DNA from: Spirogloea muscicola
Taxonomy: Eukaryota
Assembly (NCBI GenBank): GCA_009602725.1
Contig: WELB01000006.1
Location: forward strand, 154,449 to 174,448
Reading direction: 5' to 3'
Length of the DNA stretch: 20,000 nucleotides
Below the pieces are notes generated by a model. That model saw only the letters and a list, made by a program, of their open reading frames with translations. It ran no database searches and was not told the origin of the DNA. Made by a program: the position numbers and the translations under genes. Positions 10,701 through 20,000 of the stretch are shown here, in pieces (within the stretch, counting starts at the first letter, position 1; the number at the start of each line of letters is the position of its first letter).

Positions 10701-10880
10701 AGCGCTCAGCGATCCTCTGGGCACTGCAGCAATCTGACGAGAATTGGGGTGCAAGCAGGGCGCATGCAGGCAAGGAGCGAGCACGCAGCGGCGCAGCGGG
10801 AGGCTCGAGAGTTACGGGAAAGGGAAAGACAGAGGAAAGAGGAGGCTGAAAGGGAGATGAAGAGCAGCATCATCCAGTGA
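6193..10880 (+). CDS. PUM: Pumilio/PUF RNA-binding protein, APUM5/6-like. Exons: (start uncertain, ATG 6193 or 6143, gap 6196-6758)..9012, 9138-9245, 9442-9654, 9823-9933, 10110-10304, 10470-10644, 10759-10880
   Basis: N-terminal plant APUM motifs [12 protein letters not shown] and [19 protein letters not shown] precede a long Q/A/G-rich low-complexity region. Then come [37 protein letters not shown] and eight Puf repeats (SRFIQ, NYVIQ, CRVIQ, NHVIQ, CRVIQ, NYVVQ, SNVVE, NYVVQ) ending [19 protein letters not shown]. All proposed introns are GT-AG and keep the frame. The last exon is less certain. Confidence 0.95.
6196..6758. other. Assembly gap (563 N) within the 5' part of the Pumilio gene
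   Basis: Run of N. Frame across the gap, and any introns inside it, cannot be determined. Confidence 1.
7606..7704 (+). repeat. Two pure CAG tracts, (CAG)8 at 7606-7629 and (CAG)10 at 7675-7704, encoding poly-Q in Pumilio
   Basis: Read directly; they translate as QRQ8YK and RFQ10VP. Confidence 0.95.
10344..10414. repeat. Degenerate ~21-nt minisatellite (GGTTATGAATGTAGACATGAA, about 3 copies) in Pumilio intron 10305-10469
   Basis: AGTTATGAATGTTGATGTGAA..., GGTTATGAATGTAGACATGAA, GGTTATGAATGTATACATCC. Confidence 0.8.
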
Positions 10881-11456
10881 AGATCACAGTAATTTTTGCG
10901 TCGCCCGACCTCACAGCCACGTGGGCCGCAGGATGCATGTTTCCTTCAGCAGGTGGGCGCCCTAGTCCATAGATGGATGCGGTCAATCAGCTCCCACTTA
11001 TTGCTCGTAGGGTTGCCAAGCGAAGGCAGGGGCTCCTTGTCGCAGCAGATAGTTAGCTCGAGGCAGCTTCAGGTGGCGCGCAGGACAGGAAAGCCAAGCA
11101 GTCGAGGAGGAGAGTGTATAGAGCCACTTGGGCCACGAATAGGTCCCAGATCCGAGATCGAGGTCCCCCTTCGATATACATAGTCACGCTGGTTCGCTGT
11201 ATACAGCGGTCTCTTTGGCGGCAGGGGCGCGCCGGCCGCGTCTCTTGTGCAGACTCGGTAGAGAGTGGCCCGTACAGATTTAGGGAGGTCGCAGCTCCCA
11301 AGGCTCCTCCGCTTCACACCCCCCCCCCCCCNCCTCCGCTTCACACCCCACCCCCATTCTTGGATGTAGCGCGTCAACCGCAGACAGGGCTGGGTGGCAG
11401 CAGCTGCACGGCGCAGCCCCCGCCCTTGTTGAGTGCGCGGCGCTTGCAGACAGAGC

Positions 11457-11464
11457 TGTATATA
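11457..11464 (+). promoter_or_regulatory. Perfect Pumilio response element (TGTATATA = UGUAHAUA) downstream of the Pumilio stop, in the putative 3' UTR
   Basis: The sequence matches the motif predicted from this protein's own repeat code. Near-matches lie at 11115-11122 (TGTATAGA) and 11198-11205 (TGTATACA). UTR extent is unknown. Confidence 0.45.
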
Positions 11465-12094
11465 AAGCTCGCTCGAATAGGCTGCTACAGCAGCTCATGC
11501 ACGGTTAGTTGTGGAAGGGGATGCCAGACAGATCCAGGGCTTGGGGGGTAGCTTCTTCAGAGGAGGATGCTATCGATAAAGCATAGGCTTCAGGTGAGCG
11601 ACATTGGTGGTGGTATGTGAGAGGCTGGCGCAGTAGTGCACAGCGTGCTCGTGTTGTGCAGGCCAAACGCGACTTGAGGGTGTGCATACTCCGCCACTCC
11701 AAGCCTCCGGCTCCGGCATCTCCGCAGCTCAGCATGTCGGATGCTCAGACTCGACCGAGTGCCTCGCGTCATCCTAGTACTCCAGATGGCAGTTGCATAC
11801 CTTTTCAGCAGCTGAGTCTGACAATGCCTATCTTCGTCAAGATTGGCTACATGTCCTGCTCATCTGTTGCTGACGACCAGAGCACTCCACCGTCTTGGAG
11901 CTCCGCGTGGAGGCCAGCGCACAACCTCCAGACTTGGAAGAGCCCCTATCTCCAAGACTCCGAGCCAGTCGACTTGCACCACCGGCGGTGGGCCCACAGT
12001 GTTGATCGACCGAGCGTGACTCCACTTCTTCCAAAGGGGGCAGGGCTGTGGAAGGGCCAGCGCAGGAAAGGTTCTTGAAACAAACGAAGGCCAA

Positions 12095-12192
12095 ATGGCC
12101 AAGTACAGCGGCAAGCACATCTGATGACGTTCATCACCCACAGCAGATTGACCCGCTCAGTAACCACGGGTCAATACAGAAAGGTCGCAAGC
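12095..12192 (-). mobile_element. Short retrotransposon ORF end plus tail
   Basis: ACDLSVLTRGY* (stop 12157-12159); paralogous to 5865-5970. Confidence 0.75.
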
Positions 12193-12544
12193 TGATGCCT
12201 TATTACTGGATGGCAGATTCGAAGCCACCAACTGCCACCAACTAGAGCTCGCCCAGCTTTCTGGTGCAAAGCATCAGCCTGAGTGCGCTGCAAACAGTCC
12301 GAAACTCGTCGTCGCAAGAACCACAAACATGCAGCTGGTCAAGCCCACCTCAGCCGGAAACACATCTGCACTTCGTGCATAGACTAGATTGGCAACAAGC
12401 TGAAGGAGAGTGTGGAACCGAGGACCTAACGAGGACCTGGCAGGAGCCGATCGCTGGGGGGAACCGGAGGAACGCTGCAACTTTCTGTGTTCTGCACTGC
12501 CCACTCCGTGGCCAGCAATGTGTGTTGACGCAGGAGGTATGGCC

Positions 12545-12823
12545 ACAAAGAAAGTGCTCGCCCATAGAGAGGAGGGGCTGGCAAAGCCAGCCCAGAAACA
12601 ACGGACAATGTCCAAAGCCAAAGAAAGAGGTGCCGGCCGAAAGAGTACTACACTACCAAACACGACAACACACTAGGGAAGCTCAGTACCCGCGAGTGAG
12701 CAACGTCAGGTCGGAGTAGCTCGCTGCAGGGAAGGAGGCACTCCGCCGAGACCCAGAGGCGGCGGCCAGAGCACGTCCTGCTCGATTGTGGACGGCGTGG
12801 GCAAGGGAGCGTTGGAACCACCG
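12545..12823 (-). mobile_element. Retrotransposon 3'-end copy, 5'-truncated ~90 bp upstream of the cystatin ATG
   Basis: FQRSLAHAVHNRAGRALAAASGSRRSASFPAASYSDLTLLTRGY* (stop 12683-12685), plus the tail that reads AAAGTGCTCGCCCATAGAGA..GCTGGCAAAGCCAGCCCA on the + strand. Confidence 0.85.
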
Positions 12824-12911
12824 AAGGGCCTTGAAGGCCCCCCCCTGCACTCGGGAAACCCCAGGGCACCCGCGTGGAGGCCCCCCGAGAAGCAGACCTC
12901 CAGGGCCGTCC

Positions 12912-14842
12912 ATGCCCCCCGCGCCGCAGCCGCGCCCGCGCCGCGCCCCGCCGCCGCCGCTGCTGCTGCTGCTGCTGCCCGCCGCGGCGCTCCTGCTGCT
13001 CCTCCTGCCGCTCCTCGCGCCCGCCGCCATGGCCGGCCTCCTGGGCGCGCCCAAGGACGCGCCGGACGGCGGCGCCAACGACGCGGAGGTGGAGGAGCTC
13101 GCCAAGTTCGCGGTGGAGCAGCACAACGCCAAGGAGGGCGCGGGCCTGGCCTTCGGGCGCGTCCTGTCGGCCAAGCAGCAGGTGGTGGCGGGCACGCTGC
13201 ACCTCATCACGCTGGAGGCCTCGTCGTCTGGCGATGGCGGCGGCGCGCGCCAGTACGAGGCCAAGGTGTGGACCAAGCCGTGGGAGAACCACCGCTCGCT
13301 CGAGGCCTTCCAGCCGCTCGGCGGCGGCGGCGGCGGCGACGGCGGCGGCGCCACGGCGGCCGACCTCGGCGCCCTGCCCTCCGGTACAGACTGACCGCCA
13401 TGGGCCCTGCTCCGCCTCGCCTTCGCCCCAAGCTAGGCTAGCGCCCACTTGGCCAAGAGCGGGCGCCGCTGCAGGCAGGACGTCCTGGTGCTCGGGCGCC
13501 ACCATGACGCAAGAGCCCGGCGCCCCTATCAGTGGTCTAGTCGTTTGATCGGCCGCCAAGACCGTCCGCGCTTCTCCTCAGATGTCCTACTGTGCATAGC
13601 TGCCGGCGATGGTGCTGCCAGCAGTCGGGCTGTGCTCTGAGGCGAAGCCACCTGGGTGCCTGTGTGCCCTGATAACACTCAGACGCTATTAGTCTTAATT
13701 TTGCTGAAATTTATAATACTGGCTAATGTCTCGTCTGGGGGCAGTGGGCCGTGCCTGAGTGAAGTTGGCCATGGAAGCAAGGGCGCACCTTGCTAAGCAC
13801 ACTCCTGCATGTCTGCAATGTAGGCCCATCTTTGGGCGGGTCCTCCCGTCATGATGTCTGACTGGCAGGCACGGCACTACTTAGGCACGCACGGTGGCTG
13901 CTGTGCATGCTCTTCCCTTGGCAGGCTGACCCTAGAGCCTGCGTAAGTGGTTGCCTTGATTGAATAAGGTGTTACGCTGTTGTAATTTTAGAATCTGGGC
14001 AGAATGCCTCCGCTGTCTGGGTACAGGATGAAATTTCTTAGCTGCTGCATGCCTGGCGGTTCCCTGCTTGACAAACTATCTGGTAGCTTGCCACGATAAT
14101 AGAATTTGCTCACCCCAGATTTTCAGTATGTGCCAAGCTAGTTTGGCAGCCACTTGAAGAGCAGGCTGGCAGAGCTCTGAGGAGGGGGCCGGTGGTTCAC
14201 CCAACTCGTCATGCTTCTCCTGTGTGCTAGCTTGCTCTGCAGTGCCTGGCTGACAAGGATGTCTGATCGTGCGGACTTGATGGTGCCTGAGCAGGCTCGC
14301 AAGACAACGAGGACATGAAGGATGTGCCGTCGGACGACCCAGCAGTGGCAGATGCGGTGGAGTTTGCTGTCAAGAAGCTGCAGGAGCAGTCCAACTCTCT
14401 GGCTCCCTATGAGCTCCAGGACATTCTCTCCTCCAAGGCGCAGGCGAGTCAGCAGCACAAGCAAAGCATCAGCTGCGACCGTCCTCTTGCCTTAAATCTG
14501 CCATCCCCAATGCATTGCTGTCTTATCTTATGCAGTGGGCAAGGTCAAGGCTCTCTTGGTGCTTGATTCGTGTGAGGATAGAGTTTTAGCGCTGTAAATA
14601 TCCGTCATAGCAGCGACATCCATGACAGCCAGCCAGCCCAATAATTCTGCCTCAAAGCAAGGCCCGCAGCAGGTTGCTGAGCACTTGTGCTGTTGGCGAA
14701 TGCGCAGGTTGGACAAGGGACAACATTCCACACCACCCTCAAACTCAAACGCGGCACTGCTGAGGAAGTCATGAATGTCGAAGTGCACCGCACGCCAGAG
14801 GGCAGCTTCACCCTGAAAAAAGCCGCACCCCACAAAAAGTAG
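12912..14842 (+). CDS. CYS: Secreted C-terminally extended (two-domain) phytocystatin, ~251 aa. Exons 12912-13383, 14295-14443, 14708-14842
   Basis: Leu-rich signal peptide, then LAKFAVEQHN (LARFAV motif), QVVAG and KPW. A linker TAADLG leads to a second domain with FAVKKLQEQSNSLAPYEL and LKLKRG..EE...VEVH. Intron 1 is GT-AG phase 1; intron 2 is GC-AG (CAG|GCGAGT at 14444) phase 0. The spliced CDS is 756 nt and open. Confidence 0.93.
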
Positions 14843-15646
14843 ATTGTACACACCTTTACGCAGACTTGATTGACTTGACAAGAATGGCTTCTTGGTCCTG
14901 CATGCAAGCTGGCAGTTCACTCGATCTGACTCAGCAAGACACGATACCATGTCTCTGCACCATGACTCTCTGAAATACGTTGGACACCCTTGACAGAAAA
15001 TTGCTCAGCTAACAGTGTGATAAGCATGAGTCTGTCCAAGGCCCTGCCTAACAAGTTGCACTATCAATGCAAACATGCATTGAAGACTAAAATGACCAGA
15101 AGAACAGAAGAGAAGCAACCCCAGCAAGCTGTGCTCACTCAATATGGCTGCTCAATGTGCGCTGATAAGCCTTGTGTAAAAGAATAATGTGAATGGGGTG
15201 TCATTGTCAGCCTCGGAATACCGAGCGAGCTTCATGGAACAAAAAAATCGTAGAGACAATGGTGTAAAGACTGCAGCGCACTAAATGCACAGGACACTCT
15301 AAGACACATGATTTGACATGTCTTCAAAAATATACTGTGCAACATTCCTGCTCCTGTTCCAAGTAAGAAGGGTGAGTCACTGTCTTCTAATGCATTGCCA
15401 GACATCATTTGCTCTCGGAAGAGCACATCTGAGGGCAATGAGAGAGGAAGGTGAACAAGAGTTTGAATCAGCAGCACTTTGGTAAACCACAGCACATGTT
15501 GTGGTCCTCGGATGCTGGAGAAGGCACTAGGTGACTAGGCGGACGTCCCAACGTCCGCCCACCTGATCTGATGCTGTGCACTGATAGGGCTTTACGGGCC
15601 TGTCCCAACATCATCCGCATGCCAGCCCATGACGAATTGCTGTTGC

Positions 15647-18600
15647 TCAGTTCGTCATGCATGTCCTGAAGCAGTCGCCGAGCTGGGGGTAGTGGCCTGA
15701 CTTGCAGCAGACGTAGCACCTCCGCAGCTTGGCGGCCGCCGTCATGCCGGGATACCGGCAGTCGACGAAGGCCGGCGGTGGTGGCATGGGGGGGGGTGAG
15801 AGGGAATCTGTTGACGTGGTTTTGGGGGCGGGCGGAGGAGGTGGCGGTGGAGAGTGAGGAGGCGGCGGTGGCGGCGGCGGCGGGAATGGTGACGGCGGCG
15901 GTGGTGACAGCGGCGGTGGGCTGGGGAAGCCCTTGCCGTACGCGTTGGGGATATCCCACGGCGGCCGGACGTTCCCCGGCAGCGTGGGCAGCGGGCGCAG
16001 CCAGCTCCGGCCATTAATGAAGTCGACAGTGATCCAGGCCTTGACCTGGGCCGGCGTCAAAGTCCGCTCCCATGCCACGCGGCCCTCCTTGTTGGCGCCA
16101 ATGCCGTAGTTGTTGTACTCGGCATAGAAGGATGTGAGCTGGCGGGAGTGGATGCCAAAGTCCTGCCAGCCTGCACAGGCAAGGCAAGCAACATTGGTCA
16201 ATCAATGTAATGCTCTAAACTGCTGAGATCGTGCTGCATGACCCAGCAACGCAAGCCACAACGACCCAGCTGTCTGCTGATGTCCAGGCATTCCTACTAC
16301 ACTGTCACTGGTGAAGCCTTGGAGTCCTGACATGAGACGCGCCACCACTCAGACCTATGTTTGGTACAGCAGGAGCTCAACCATCAACCTTGGCAAGCAT
16401 ATGTAATGCCAGCAAGCATGTGACTTACCATCTGCCATGACCACGTTGTCCATGTACATATTTGCAAAGATTGTGAAGGCGTACTTGCCCCAGGCCCTCC
16501 CCAACCAGCCCTGAGAAGATTGCAAGTTGCCCGGTCAGTACACAAAATCGTTTTGGACATAGAATACTCATAACAAAACGGCTTCCAGCTGACCCTGGAG
16601 TCCCTGTTTGGCATAGGTACTGCATTTGCATACAAAAGTGGACAACATATATGCATGATATGTCGATATGCCAGATGAGGCAGACTGTCTGGGCCTGGGC
16701 AGCAAGCTAGCTCACCTGGTTTGTGCCTGTGACAATGCCTCTATTGAAGACGAAGCCGCTGTCTTGCGTGGCATACACCTTGTGCTGTGCAGTAATGCCT
16801 GCAAAGAATCCAGGATGGAGTGTATCCAAGGGAGTACTTAGTGCCATGCATTCTTATGTAAGCCTTTACGGCGTGGTAGGATAGAGACCGCAGAAAGTCA
16901 TGGTAGTAGAAAGTGTAGTGCAGTGAAGACCTTGTCATGCTCTTGCAGGGGCTGACTTGAAGCACCAAATAAGCGGAAGGGTGTTAGCATGCAAACATGC
17001 CAAACATGTCAGACGTGCTCACCAGCGTAACCAAGTGATGATATGTTCATAACACAGTCCTCAAAGTACGCCTTTGCACCACCAAAGATGAAATCAATGT
17101 TGCCCGTGAAGTAGCAATTCTTGAAGTATTGCTGGAAGTTCTGGGCATACAAGCTATCCTGCTCACAGGCAGGAAGAAGCAGATGTAAGAGAAGGATCAC
17201 ACCTGTAAACTGTGATAATTGAAAATGTAAATGCATTATCAATGCAAATTGAGTGCATATCTTCAAGCCAACATCAACAAGTGGCTCCATATCAGGCTCC
17301 ATCGATGCAAATACCTGCATAGTAACAGGTCCTAATACTAGCATGATTGCAAACCGAAATAGACAACAACCATTTAGTGATATGGCAACAAGCACCTGGA
17401 AGGAAATGACACTACAGTTGACCAGCATTGCGCGAGGGCCGTTCAGGCGCAATGCCACTGACTGCAGCCCAGAATGTATAGACAATGGAAAGCATTGCTC
17501 AGTAGGTTGGTGAGGCTGAACTCAGCCAGACTTAAATGGGTCAAGCAAGCTGCACTTCCCAGTCAGACAATATACAACAAGAGAGCCACATGTCTCTGAA
17601 GCAGAGCATCGCAAGCTCCATGACTTAATCTTCAAGTAGACAGGACGAGGCAGGCCCTATCAGTCACCAAACCCGAGCTCAACATGAGAAGGCAAGACAT
17701 ACAGCAGACCTGCATTGGACCTGAATGCAGAGGTGCCAGGACCTAGGTGCAAGATTCTGCCTCTCAACATTACCTGGCGGTCATAGGTGTTCGGCGCCGG
17801 CCGTTTGGCATCGTTACGGAAGATGAGGTTGATTCCTGTGAAGTCACTGCCGAGGACAATGATAGAACCAGAGCCTGACGTAGTGAGGGGATTACCCATG
17901 GCATCAAGGAGAGCTGAGTACTTATTGTATGCAAGAATTGTCCTCCCCGGGTCACCAATGAGCGTGACAAAATTCTGCACACCACGGAAGCACTCCAGCA
18001 GACTAAGAAGTTGCTGTACTAGAGCTTGCTCGAAAGTAAAGAAGCATGACTGATGAGCAACGAACGTGAGGTTGCAATGAGATGACAAAATGCAGCTGAC
18101 AACTTCCTATCACCAAGCAATCACCCCAGCTGATAGCAAGTCGACTGACAGGTAATATGCAGAGGCAAGAAGCGGCCATGATGGAGGATGATAAGAAGCC
18201 CCCTTGCCCCCACCTGAGTTTTGTTGAAGATGACCGACTCATTGTAGAAGCCTGCTTTTATGTACACAATGGTCGTCTGGGAAATGGACGTGGCTCCAGA
18301 ACGGATGTGCTGGGCTGCAGCCTGCACAGACCAGACGTGGGACGCAAGCATGGAGGTGAGGAACCAGTGCAGGACAAGGCAGCAGGCTTTGCACGAAGGT
18401 GCTACTGGCCTGCAGTACGCTGGCCAGGCCGTAACACTTACTGTAACAGTTACTAAGACAGTGACTGTGACTGTCGACTGTGCCCGCGGAAGCCCTTGGC
18501 ACTGCCGGAATCTTGCCCAATGGCAGAAGAGCTGGTCGGAGGCCCTTGCAAGCTATACTGCTATGCCACAGATTCTACATCAAGCAGCATCCCTGCTGCG

Positions 18601-19068
18601 TAGCAAGAAGCCAGCGCGCCTCCGCACGGGATTTCAAGGAACAACACAGCCCTCGACACCCAGGCACCATCTACGGGTCGAGCGAGACTCCCACAACAAG
18701 CCGCATCCTCGGCTTCCACACAAGCGCAGGATTCGCCTTGACCAGGCAAGGCACAGCAGTCGAGCAGGCTGGCTGGAGTTTGGTGGAGAAAGGTGTGGTG
18801 GGAGGCGCACAGTGAGCGTCTTGAAGTCCCCGGAGCCGTCCTTGGCGACGACGATGTCGGCGTGGAAGGTGGAGGGGAAGGAAAACGAGGAGGGCGGCGG
18901 CGGCGGCGGCGGGCGCGGCTTCGGCGGCGGGCTCTTGTGGTGCCCGCCCATGCCGTTCTTGGCCTCCGCGCCGGGCGCCGCCGACAGCGCCGCGGCAGCG
19001 AGCGCCAGCGCCAGCAGCAGCACCGCCGGCGCCGGCGCGGGGCCTTGCCACAGCGCCACACGGGCCAT
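15647..19068 (-). CDS. PME: Pectin methylesterase (CE8, no PMEI pro-domain) with signal peptide, Pro-rich flanks and Cys-rich C-terminus, ~485 aa. Exons 19068-18811, 18321-18214, 17974-17774, 17461-17396, 17158-17023, 16798-16716, 16510-16429, 16170-15647
   Basis: Motifs in order: IVVAKDGSGDFKT, IKAGFYNE (GxYxE), QSVAL, QDSLY, GNIDFIFG, ITAQ, SGFVF, LGRAW, GWQDF, YAEYNNYGIGA..GRVAW, FINGRSWL. All seven introns are GT-AG. The spliced length of 1458 nt is an open frame. Confidence 0.94.
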
Positions 19069-19149
19069 CCCGACGCCCCGAGCCTCCGGAATCACAGCAC
19101 AGCCGCCGGCGCCGAAGCAAGAGACAACAGCGGCGGCTGCGGCGGTGGA

Positions 19150-19181
<32 letters not shown>

Positions 19182-19689
19182 GAGCGGGGGATGGCGAGTG
19201 GGGGAGTGAGGGGGATCCGAGGGCGGAGGGGGAGCTGATGAGCTGACGGCGGCGGGGGGGCGGCCGCGGCCGCCAAGCTGCCGGCTTCCCGCGCGCGGGG
19301 GGGCCAGCCCCGGTCAACCCGGTCAAACCCAACCCCCCTTCCAGGGGCCTTTAGCCACTTGTATCACGCCGCGTGGCATCCATCGGCGAGCCGGACCGCT
19401 GTGGGGCCGTCGATGGGCCGCCGCGTGGCGAAAGCTCGGCGCGCAGTGGGGGCCAATGGGCGCCCAAGCGGCGAGCTTGGGGCCGCCGCGCCTTGCGTGC
19501 GCGCCTTTTGGGCGCGAAGGGGGGGGCGCGCCGGCGGCAGCAGCCCACCCCTTTTTGGCGGGACGCGCCTGCCGACGTGGCGGGGGGCCCCCGCCGAGCT
19601 GGAGCCTGCTGCAAGCGATTCCACGTCAAGTTTGTCGCTCGCTAACCCATTCGCCCGCAAGCACTTTCTGCGTGGATGTTGCGGCTTGC

Positions 19690-20000
19690 GCTTTCTGGCC
19701 CCCTCCCTTGTGGCTCTTTGGTACCTTGTCCACTCCCTTTGGGCTGGCGTACTTTGGCCCCTTCGAACCGTTTGTCAGTTCTTGTCGGGCTGGCGTGTTT
19801 ATCACAGCCCTTTGAGGATAAGGGCTGGACAAGCCAGCCCAAAAAAGAATGAACAAAGAACGAGAAGGGGGCCAGAGGAAGCCAGAGGAAGCGCTAAGAA
19901 ACCAAAGCACACAAAGAAAGAAAGCAGCTACAAATTACTCAGTAACCCCTGCTAAGCAGCCGCAAATCAGAGAGGCTAGGGTCCTGGAAGTGGGTCCCCT
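19690..20000. mobile_element. Two converging retrotransposon tail fragments (+ at ~19700-19805; - at ~19806-20000 including the ORF end)
   Basis: The + tail reads GGCTCTTTGGTACCTTGTCCA..GGGCTGG. The - copy translates SLSDLRLLSRGY* (stop 19939-19941). 19812-19858 is the reverse complement of ~472-516. Confidence 0.75.

Noticed and set aside
11306..11356. Direct repeat CCTCCGCTTCACACCCC flanking a single N
   Set aside because: A duplicate on either side of an N next to a poly-C run is typical of an unmerged contig overlap, so it is probably an assembly artefact.
18259..18266. UGUACAUA in the PME mRNA suggesting regulation by the neighbouring Pumilio
   Set aside because: It is a single site within coding sequence explained by the conserved VYIK codons. 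Gene adjacency implies nothing in a eukaryote.

Overview
GC-rich eukaryotic DNA from the green-plant lineage. A streptophyte alga is plausible but is my inference. I reconstructed three spliced genes by hand: (1) a + strand APUM5/6-like Pumilio/PUF gene (~6193-10880, with a 563-N gap in the 5' part); (2) a + strand secreted, C-terminally extended two-domain phytocystatin (12912-14842) with a GC-AG intron; (3) a - strand 8-exon pectin methylesterase (19068-15647) fused to an extensin-like SPn tract and a small 6-Cys terminal module. The intergenic DNA (about 220-6000, 12050-12830 and 19690-20000) holds at least ten degenerate, 5'-truncated 3' ends of one non-LTR retrotransposon family. Its ORF ends '...LQRS.A..LH.RAGRA.AAAS...SDL..LTRGY*' and looks like a REL-endonuclease C-terminus. 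These copies cluster upstream of gene starts. There is also an imperfect ~630-bp fold-back (about 3313-3943) that looks like a hairpin-RNA locus built from coding-like sequence. No database searches were run; all calls rest on motifs and manual alignment.
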